Of a stretch of DNA of 8,429 nt, positions 1 to 5,484 are shown one piece after another. Numbering within the stretch: the stretch's first letter is position 1; each line of letters begins with the position of its first letter. The translations under genes were made by a program, and so were the position numbers. The DNA is from a virus (taxonomy: Duplodnaviria > Heunggongvirae > Uroviricota > Caudoviricetes): the IMG/VR virus record IMGVR_UViG_3300029590_000173, positions 1 to 8,429 of that record; one strand, given 5' to 3'. The notes below the pieces were generated by a model. That model saw nothing but the letters and a program-made list of their open reading frames with translations, was not told the DNA's origin and did not search any database.

Positions 1-17
1 AAGTTGGCAGCATCACC
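1..17 (-). mobile_element. Terminal 17 bp of a second IS1 copy (left inverted repeat, reverse-complemented); the body of that copy lies upstream of the window
   Basis: Bases 1-17 (AAGTTGGCAGCATCACC) are the exact reverse complement of bases 2473-2489 (GGTGATGCTGCCAACTT), the left end of the complete IS1 in this window. Only 17 bp are visible, so full versus solo end cannot be decided. Confidence 0.7.
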
Positions 18-288
18 CGAAATCACTTCATCAAGCACGTGTGTTGATGAGTACTTCAGGATCGGGTCGACGATCAAAACTGACCGGGTAATAGAACTGG
101 ATGGGGTAACTTACCCATATGTTACAATTGACGTTTCTTCTAAGTCGCATCCGTTCTATACAGGCAAACTGAGAACTGTTGCTTCAGAAGGTAATGTTGC
201 ACGCTTTACCCAGCGTTTTGGGCGTTTTGGGCGTTTTGGGCGTTTTGGGCGTTTTGGGCGTTTTGTTGATGCGAAAAAAGGCGGCTGA
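18..288 (+). CDS. rpmE2: 50S ribosomal protein L31 type B (RpmE2/YkgM-like), 3' fragment with a C-terminal (GRF)n expansion; 5' end abuts the IS1 end
   Basis: The translation ...[62 protein letters not shown]...KKGG matches my recollection of the non-zinc L31 paralog YkgM over about 65 residues. The stop is TGA at 286-288. The frame stays open back through the IS1 end to base 1, so the true start is not in the window. No rpmJ2/ykgO-like gene follows. Confidence 0.75.
214..265 (+). repeat. Perfect tandem repeat of the 9-bp unit CGTTTTGGG, 5 full copies plus a 7-bp partial copy, in frame within the L31B coding sequence
   Basis: Counted directly: units at 214-222, 223-231, 232-240, 241-249 and 250-258, then CGTTTTG at 259-265. 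The repeat encodes RFG/GRF repeats. Confidence 0.95.
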
Positions 289-589
289 TTTCGCCGCAAA
301 GGTGCGTTTGACAATTTTAAAACGGACCGGACAGAGAGAGCCTGCACCTGAATATACTGAGGTAGCCCGTCCCTCCGGGGCGTGCAGATGATCCCGTCAC
401 CAGAAGATTGCGGACCTCTCTGAAAACCAGTACATTACGCGCGGGTGCCTTTCGGCTGACGGCTGGAAGGATTACCTGAAGGCCGGATGTGGAAAGGCCC
501 CGGAAAACATCTCTGTTTAGCCGAGGCCCTAATCTACATACCTTTAGCAAGTAGAAGGTTAGCGCCTCTTTGAAAAAGGAGCAAGCGCT

Positions 590-730
590 ATGCCGCAAAA
601 AACGATCATCGTGAGCATTTTATGCTTAACCATGTTGTTGACCGTCTGGATGATACATCGTTCACCATGTGAATTCAGACTTAACATCATGTGGTCAGAA
701 TTTGCGGCGTTCTTGCAGTGTAAACCGTAA
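590..730 (+). CDS. Small hydrophobic protein (46 aa), Hok/Gef-family-like type I toxin candidate
   Basis: The ORF ATG 590 to TAA 728-730 was not in the supplied track because it is below the length cut-off. Translation: MPQKTIIVSILCLTMLLTVWMIHRSPCEFRLNIMWSEFAAFLQCKP. AGGAG at 577-581 sits 8 nt before the ATG. It has one N-terminal transmembrane segment followed by R-S-P-C-E-F-R and S-E-F-A-A-F, which resemble the Hok motifs R-K-x-L-C-E-I-R and E-V-A-A-F as I recall them. A GC-rich hairpin and an intrinsic terminator follow. Confidence 0.5.
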   Translation: MPQKTIIVSILCLTMLLTVWMIHRSPCEFRLNIMWSEFAAFLQCKP

Positions 731-824
731 GAAACCGCAGCGGGGGTGAAAGCCCCCGCTATCCGGTTGCCGAAGGTTCGGTCGAAAGCCGCACCCGTGC
801 ATGCAAGTGACAAAGAAAAAACAA

Positions 825-858
825 AGCCCGCAGCGTAAAAACTGCGGGCTTTTTTATT
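825..858 (+). terminator. Rho-independent terminator downstream of the hok-like ORF
   Basis: Stem AGCCCGCAG (825-833), loop CGTAAAAA, stem CTGCGGGCT (842-850), followed by TTTTT-ATT. Confidence 0.65.
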
Positions 859-896
859 CACATACCGAAGGTGTGGTAACTGCCTGGGTTCAGACC

Positions 897-921
897 AAAA
901 AAAGCCCCATAAAATGGGGCT
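897..921 (-). terminator. Rho-independent terminator for leftward (minus-strand) transcription, convergent with the plus-strand terminator
   Basis: On the minus strand: AGCCCCA, loop TTTTA, TGGGGCT, then TTTTTTT (the plus strand shows an A-run at 897-903). It lies about 300 nt downstream of the minus-strand operon end at 1217. Confidence 0.55.
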
Positions 922-1067
922 GAAGATTCTGTAAGGAATTTCACAGCAATGAGATTCTAGTCTCTTCCAATGATATATGAGTCTTCAGCCTGAATCAATG
1001 GGGCATGACTGTGAATCCACCGACGATCAAAACTTGCACAATGCCTGAAGTTGAGTTAGAAAAGTAC

Positions 1068-1128
1068 CGGGCGCGATATCCGGTTTATTTTTTGTTGCTG
1101 TGTTTTGCCTCGTGCCGGATATCGCGTC
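1068..1128. repeat. Imperfect 15-bp inverted repeat (GGGCGCGATATCCGG ... CCGGATATCGCGTCC) separated by a 31-nt T-rich spacer
   Basis: Arms at 1068-1082 and 1114-1128 are reverse complements at 14 of 15 positions. Each arm contains GATATC. Function unknown; possible large hairpin or protein-binding site at the GC/AT transition. Confidence 0.5.
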
Positions 1129-1216
1129 CACCGTCTTTCTGATGATTCTTATGAAATCGTACTTTATTGATTTACTGCCATCCTGGTTTGTCTTTTTATG
1201 TTCATTATTGCGACAG

Positions 1217-1612
1217 TCATTTCCTGTTTCTGGTGATGTTTTGATAAAAGTGAAAGAATAAAACGATCATTGCAGAAGGTATTGCTAAAACCATACATAT
1301 CATTATATAAACAAGATGAAAATGATATATACCATAAGACCAGAAAAAAGGTTTTTTCCAGAATGATATGGATGTGTATTTTAGTGTAATTGTTTTTGTC
1401 AGGTATATTGAACAAGGAAGAGCCAGGCCACTGAGTATCAGAAATAAGTCAACTTTTATCGATGCTTCTGTTGGTGTGTCATATATAAGATGCAATATGG
1501 ATATTATAATGGGGCACATTCCCCACAGGATATTTTTGAAATAGAATTTCCGGTTCATATGTTTATGCTCTTTGGTTTTATCCCGGGAATTGGCGCTTTG
1601 TTTTTTATTCAT
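1217..1612 (-). CDS. Hypothetical multi-pass membrane protein (131 aa, about 3 predicted transmembrane helices), low-GC, second gene of a two-gene operon
   Basis: Track ORF. The start overlaps the stop of the upstream ORF by 8 nt (ATG at 1612-1610 versus stop at 1607-1605). Hydrophobic stretches include ILWGMCPIIISILHLIY, VDLFLILSGLALPCSIYL and YGIYHFHLVYIMICMVLAIPSAMIVLFF. An alternative start at the internal Met (codon 18) is possible. No family recognised. Confidence 0.55.
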   Translation of the reverse strand: MNKKQSANSRDKTKEHKHMNRKFYFKNILWGMCPIIISILHLIYDTPTEASIKVDLFLILSGLALPCSIYLTKTITLKYTSISFWKKPFFWSYGIYHFHLVYIMICMVLAIPSAMIVLFFHFYQNITRNRK

Positions 1613-2276
1613 GAACGTTTTCGTTGTTTAATAACCATGGGGTATTATGATTATCCTTTATTTTTGATATGTAATTGTCAATAGTGGATTTCGTTTCATT
1701 ATTGTGGTTATAGTAATCATGAAGAGTGCAAAACACATCATCTTTTATTGTGGCGATTAATGGGGCTTGTGTGAGGGTAAAATATAAAGAACGATTACTT
1801 AGTGTCCTGAAATAAATTTTTTCGCCAATGACCAGATCGGTGTTCATTATATTGTAGCCTATTTCAAATATATTGTTTGATGGCATGTGTAATACATATG
1901 TGGGGTATTTGTTGTGTTTTTTCATTAAATAATAAATAAAATCAGATACAGGCATCTGTTTTAGTTTTTTTTGCATCTTCCTTATGTGTTGTGACATTAA
2001 TATCATTTTCGAGAGAATGCATAAGAGACTAAACAAGAGATTAAATACTATGTTCAGTACTATCAGAGTAACAAACAGGCCAATGCTCCTTAGCGCTGAA
2101 AATATATTGTCATTGTAAATATACTGGAATGTATATCCGGCTGATAAAAATGCCAATATATATAACACTATGTCTGTTTTATTTCGCTTTTTTATTTTGT
2201 AGGTTATTGCTGATTTTAAGAATAAGATGGCAATAAGAGCAGTGATAACCCAGAAAAATATAACGGAAACTTCCAT
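1605..2276 (-). CDS. Hypothetical membrane protein (223 aa): three N-terminal transmembrane helices plus a ~130-aa Asn/Lys/Tyr-rich soluble C-terminal domain; low-GC; first gene of the operon
   Basis: Track ORF. ATG at 2276-2274 with a weak AAGG upstream. Transmembrane segments around residues 3-20, 36-54 and 65-88. GC content is about 28%, against roughly 50% in the flanking DNA. No family recognised. Confidence 0.6.
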   Translation of the reverse strand: MEVSVIFFWVITALIAILFLKSAITYKIKKRNKTDIVLYILAFLSAGYTFQYIYNDNIFSALRSIGLFVTLIVLNIVFNLLFSLLCILSKMILMSQHIRKMQKKLKQMPVSDFIYYLMKKHNKYPTYVLHMPSNNIFEIGYNIMNTDLVIGEKIYFRTLSNRSLYFTLTQAPLIATIKDDVFCTLHDYYNHNNETKSTIDNYISKIKDNHNTPWLLNNENVHE

Positions 2277-2326
2277 AATTATACCTTTATCGTGTTTTCA
2301 GGGAGGTAATTTATCATTGTGCTGAT

Positions 2327-2346
2327 ATGCATGTAAATACATGCAT
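2327..2346. promoter_or_regulatory. Perfect 20-bp palindrome ATGCATGTA-AA-TACATGCAT, 51-70 bp upstream of the 223-aa membrane-protein gene; candidate operator in its promoter region
   Basis: The 9-bp arms are exact reverse complements with a 2-bp spacer. It lies in the 196-bp AT-rich gap between the ORF start (2276) and the IS1 left end (2473). Confidence 0.45.
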
Positions 2347-2527
2347 TATCTGTTTCTTATATTCTTTTTATGAAGTTACTGATTAATTTATATTAAAACA
2401 ACACATTCATAATGAAATCAACATGTTCATATGGTTGACGGCAGATTTCTCTTTTTGTTAACCTGCATCTGCGGTGATGCTGCCAACTTACTGATTTAGT
2501 GTATGATGGTGTTTTTGAGGTGCTCCA

Positions 2528-2803
2528 GTGGCTTCTGTTTCTATCAGCTGTCCCTCCTGTTCAGCTACTGACGGGGTGGTGCGTAACGGCAAAAGCACCG
2601 CCGGACATCAGCGCTATCTCTGCTCTCACTGCCGTAAAACATGGCAACTGCAGTTCACTTACACCGCTTCTCAACCCGGTACGCACCAGAAAATCATTGA
2701 TATGGCCATGAATGGCGTTGGATGCCGGGCAACCGCCCGCATTATGGGCGTTGGCCTCAACACGATTTTCCGCCATTTAAAAAACTCAGGCCGCAGTCGG
2801 TAA
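2528..2803 (+). CDS. insA: IS1 InsA protein (transposition inhibitor and N-terminal part of the InsAB' transposase)
   Basis: The 91-aa translation [43 protein letters not shown]... is the canonical InsA with its zinc-finger Cys motifs. Confidence 0.95.
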   Translation: MASVSISCPSCSATDGVVRNGKSTAGHQRYLCSHCRKTWQLQFTYTASQPGTHQKIIDMAMNGVGCRATARIMGVGLNTIFRHLKNSGRSR

Positions 2804-3225
2804 CCTCGCGCATACAGCCGGGCAGTGACGTCATCGTCTGCGCGGAAATGGACGAACAGTGGGGATACGTCGGGGCTAAATCGCGCCAGCGCTGGCTGTT
2901 TTACGCGTATGACAGGCTCCGGAAGACGGTTGTTGCGCACGTATTCGGTGAACGCACTATGGCGACGCTGGGGCGTCTTATGAGCCTGCTGTCACCCTTT
3001 GACGTGGTGATATGGATGACGGATGGCTGGCCGCTGTATGAATCCCGCCTGAAGGGAAAGCTGCACGTAATCAGCAAGCGATATACGCAGCGAATTGAGC
3101 GGCATAACCTGAATCTGAGGCAGCACCTGGCACGGCTGGGACGGAAGTCGCTGTCGTTCTCAAAATCGGTGGAGCTGCATGACAAAGTCATCGGGCATTA
3201 TCTGAACATAAAACACTATCAATAA
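2722..3225 (+). CDS. insB: IS1 InsB reading frame (expressed as the InsAB' transposase by a -1 frameshift at the A6C site)
   Basis: The track ORF translation ...[44 protein letters not shown]... is canonical IS1 InsB. The frameshift site lies at 2779-2785. Confidence 0.9.
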   Translation: MPGNRPHYGRWPQHDFPPFKKLRPQSVTSRIQPGSDVIVCAEMDEQWGYVGAKSRQRWLFYAYDRLRKTVVAHVFGERTMATLGRLMSLLSPFDVVIWMTDGWPLYESRLKGKLHVISKRYTQRIERHNLNLRQHLARLGRKSLSFSKSVELHDKVIGHYLNIKHYQ

Positions 3226-3240
3226 GTTGGAGTCATTACC

Positions 3241-3586
3241 TGAAGCGTTAATGCATGATGCAACAGAAGCGTATTGCCAGGACATCCCTGCTCCACTGAA
3301 ACGCCTTCTTCCTGACTATAAACGGATGGAAGAAAAAATAGACGCCGTAATCCGTGAGAAATACGGGTTACCTCCTGTTATGAGCACGCCAGTGAAATAT
3401 GCCGATCTCATTATGCTGGCAACCGAACGTCGCGATCTCGGGCTTGATGATGGCTCTTTCTGGCCTGTACTGGAAGGTATCCCGGCGACAGAGATGTTCA
3501 AAGTTATTCCACTGTCACCAGGCCATGCCTACGGGATGTTTATGGAACGTTTTAACGAGTTATCGGAGTTACGCAAATGCGCATGA
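3241..3586 (+). pseudogene. 3' remnant of an HD-domain phosphohydrolase-like prophage gene, decapitated by the IS1 insertion
   Basis: The reading frame runs uninterrupted from inside the IS1 right end, and the apparent start at 3227 is IS1 sequence. The remaining translation begins PEALMHDATEAYCQDIPAPLKRLLPDY..., which carries an HD-type metal-binding motif (H-D-x-x-E-x-x-x-x-D-I-P). The N-terminal half is missing. Confidence 0.5.
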
Positions 3587-3939
3587 ATGTTTTCGAAATG
3601 GAAGGGTTTCTTCGCGGGAAATGTGTACCACGAGATCTGAAAGTGAATGAAACAAATGCTGAGTACCTGGTACGTAAATTCGATGCGCTTGAAGCTAAAT
3701 GTGCGGCACTGGAAAACAAAATAATACCAGTGTCAGCTGAACTGCCGCCAGCAAATGAAAGTGTTCTGTTATTTGATGCTAACGGAGAAGGCTGGCTAAT
3801 TGGCTGGCGTTCTCTCTGGTACACCTGGGGACAAAAAGAAACCGGAGAATGGCTGTGGACATTTCAGGTCGGGGACCTTGAAAACGTCAATATCACTCAC
3901 TGGGCAGTAATGCCGAAAGCACCGAAGAATAAAAAATGA
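3577..3939 (+). CDS. Prophage protein with a C-terminal Trp-rich domain resembling DUF551
   Basis: Track ORF with GGAG 8 nt upstream; it overlaps the previous stop. The C-terminus GEGWLIGWRSLWYTWGQKETGEWLWTFQ...ITHWAVMPKAPK fits the Trp-rich phage domain I recall as DUF551 (ending THWMPLP-like). Confidence 0.5.
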   Translation: MRMNVFEMEGFLRGKCVPRDLKVNETNAEYLVRKFDALEAKCAALENKIIPVSAELPPANESVLLFDANGEGWLIGWRSLWYTWGQKETGEWLWTFQVGDLENVNITHWAVMPKAPKNKK

Positions 3940-4139
3940 GCGTGATAAAAACTCATACAGGAATTGTTATCACCCGAGACGGTCCGCAGGTAAAAAAACT
4001 GCACCAGACAAAGCGGATGTGGGTCGTCGGAAAAAACGAGTTTTACCACAAAGAAACCGGACGCCGCCACTTTGCAGAAAATACTCGCCGCCGACTGCTG
4101 ATCGATACCATCAAGCCTATCGAGGTGAAGCATGTTTAA
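3936..4139 (+). CDS. Hypothetical prophage protein (67 aa)
   Basis: Track ORF. Its ATG overlaps the upstream stop (ATGA), typical of translationally coupled phage operons. No family recognised. Confidence 0.4.
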   Translation: MSVIKTHTGIVITRDGPQVKKLHQTKRMWVVGKNEFYHKETGRRHFAENTRRRLLIDTIKPIEVKHV

Positions 4140-4371
4140 ACAGAACGAAAAATCTATCGCTCAAATTGCTGAGTATATCCCGCGTGCGTGCCGGGATATG
4201 CAGTTGCAGGAAGCCAAAGCACGCCTGGAGAAAAAAATTGCGCTCTATATCGATGACGGCTGTGATGCCGCCGTTCTTAACGCGGCGTTCGCGCCAGCTC
4301 TTAACAGTCATACGCGAAAGTCTTTTTTTTCGTGCATCGCAGCGCAGATCCGTAAAGGAGGCAACCAGTGA
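4132..4371 (+). CDS. Hypothetical prophage protein (79 aa)
   Basis: Track ORF. Its start overlaps the upstream stop (ATGTTTAA) and its stop overlaps the next gene's GTG start. No family recognised. Confidence 0.4.
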   Translation: MFKQNEKSIAQIAEYIPRACRDMQLQEAKARLEKKIALYIDDGCDAAVLNAAFAPALNSHTRKSFFSCIAAQIRKGGNQ

Positions 4372-4967
4372 GCAACATTAACTATCAGGTACTGCGTGAA
4401 AAGGCAGAGAAAGCAACTAAAGGAAGCTACATCGTAGGGCATACATCTGTTAACCAACACGGCAATTTAACAGGAGTTTTTGTTTGTCAAAAATGGAAAG
4501 GAGAACCCGGTGGCGTAATTGCAGAATGTCACGTTAACTGCCTGGTTGAAACAGATGCTCAGGCTTATGCAAACGCTGAATTCATAGCAGAGGCTAACCC
4601 GGCTACCGTGCTGGCACTGCTGGATGAACAGGAAAGAAACCAGCAATACATCAAACGCCGCGACCAGGAGAACGAGGATATTGCGCTAACGGTAGGGAAG
4701 CTGCGCGTTGAGCTTGAGGAGACAAAATCAAAACTCAACGAGCAGCGCGAGTATTACGAGGGAGTTATCTCTGATGGGTGCAAGCGTATTGCTGAACTGG
4801 AAGCGCGGGAAGTTCAATTACCGACTCGCTACGACCTTCGATATGGACACCCGATAAATGCAGATGAGCGACAAGTCATGATACCTAAAGAAAATGGCAG
4901 TTGGCTTTACCTGATTGACCTAGAACACGCATTACGCGTCGCTGACATTCGCATCAAAGGAGAGTGA
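4368..4967 (+). CDS. Ead/Ea22-like prophage accessory protein (199 aa)
   Basis: GTG start with a strong AAGGAGG 6 nt upstream. The N-terminus MSNINYQVLREKAEKATKG... and the central coiled-coil region match my recollection of lambdoid Ead/Ea22-like proteins encoded between int/xis and the recombination genes. Confidence 0.55.
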   Translation: MSNINYQVLREKAEKATKGSYIVGHTSVNQHGNLTGVFVCQKWKGEPGGVIAECHVNCLVETDAQAYANAEFIAEANPATVLALLDEQERNQQYIKRRDQENEDIALTVGKLRVELEETKSKLNEQREYYEGVISDGCKRIAELEAREVQLPTRYDLRYGHPINADERQVMIPKENGSWLYLIDLEHALRVADIRIKGE

Positions 4968-4968
4968 T

Positions 4969-5484
4969 ATGGCGTTAACACACCACGAACTCTGTCAGAT
5001 TGCGTACAAGTTCCTTAAGCGCAACGGGTTCAAGGTTTGCTTTCATGACCGCTTTGTTGCTGTAACCAGTACCGGAGAACAGCCAGATGCTATGGGATTC
5101 AGAAATTCAGCATCATGCCTGATAGAGGCGAAGTGTTCTCGTGCTGACTTGTTGGCAGATAGAAAAAAGCGTTTCCGTAAAAATCCCTCACTTGGCATGG
5201 GCGACTGGCGATTCTTTATTAGTGAGCCGGAAATTATTTCAGTTGAGGATTTACCTCCCGGCTGGGGATTACTTCACGTTGTTAACGGAAGAGTACGGAA
5301 AGTACATGGATGGCCCAGGGGTAATTGCTGTTGGGGTAATCCTGACGATAAGCCATTTACTGGGAATAAGCAGGTTGAATGCGATTACATGTTATCTGCA
5401 TTAAGGCGCATGGAGTTGAGAGGGCACCTTAATGAAATATATGACGGTGTGATTGTTAATAAGAAAGAAGGAAACGCGGCATGA
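4969..5484 (+). CDS. Hypothetical prophage protein (171 aa); possible PD-(D/E)xK nuclease fold
   Basis: AGGAG 6 nt upstream; starts 1 nt after the Ea22-like stop. The sequence contains ...GEQPDAMGF...CLIEAKCSRADL..., which is compatible with a PD-x(n)-E-x-K catalytic motif. This is a motif-level inference only. Confidence 0.35.
   Translation: MALTHHELCQIAYKFLKRNGFKVCFHDRFVAVTSTGEQPDAMGFRNSASCLIEAKCSRADLLADRKKRFRKNPSLGMGDWRFFISEPEIISVEDLPPGWGLLHVVNGRVRKVHGWPRGNCCWGNPDDKPFTGNKQVECDYMLSALRRMELRGHLNEIYDGVIVNKKEGNAA

Larger units (their letters stand above)
2473..3240 (+). mobile_element. Complete IS1 insertion sequence (768 bp)
   Basis: Starts GGTGATGCTGCCAACTTACTGAT and ends AAGTTGGAGTCATTACC, matching the canonical IS1 terminal repeats. 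It contains insA and insB with the A6C frameshift motif TTAAAAAAC at 2777-2785. The flanking 9-mers TGCATCTGC (2464-2472) and TGAAGCGTT (3241-3249) differ. Confidence 0.97.

Noticed and set aside
214-265. Possibility that the 9-bp tandem repeat is a CRISPR array or other spaced repeat system
   Set aside because: The units are directly adjacent with no spacers and only 9 bp long. This is a microsatellite-type coding repeat, not a CRISPR array.
156-391. Track ORFs 156..347 (-) and 179..391 (+) with repetitive PKRPKRPK and LGVLGVLGV translations
   Set aside because: These are alternate-frame and antisense readings of the 9-bp tandem repeat inside the L31B gene. They have no independent start context and are artefacts of the repeat.
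480-730. An overlapping mok-like reading frame for the hok-like gene
   Set aside because: Both alternative frames are closed by stops upstream of the ATG and again inside the toxin ORF, so no mok-type overlapping ORF can exist here.
317-861. Track ORFs 317..598 (-) and 559..861 (-)
   Set aside because: They lie antisense to the hok-like ORF and its terminator hairpins, have no convincing ribosome-binding site, and are low-complexity. More likely untranslated leader and structured RNA region.
1164-1684. Track ORFs 1164..1415 (-) and 1490..1684 (+) inside the low-GC region
   Set aside because: They overlap the better-supported 131-aa and 223-aa minus-strand genes in other frames or on the opposite strand. 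AT-rich DNA produces long spurious ORFs.
2499-2940. Track ORFs 2499..2711 (+), 2561..2776 (-), 2671..2940 (-) and 2901..3191 (-) inside IS1
   Set aside because: IS1 coding capacity is fully explained by insA and insB/InsAB'. These are alternate-frame or antisense artefacts.
3936-4381. Track ORF 4019..4381 (+, 120 aa, Arg/Lys-rich)
   Set aside because: It is an alternate frame overlapping two coupled genes (3936..4139 and 4132..4371) and has low-complexity basic composition typical of out-of-frame translation.
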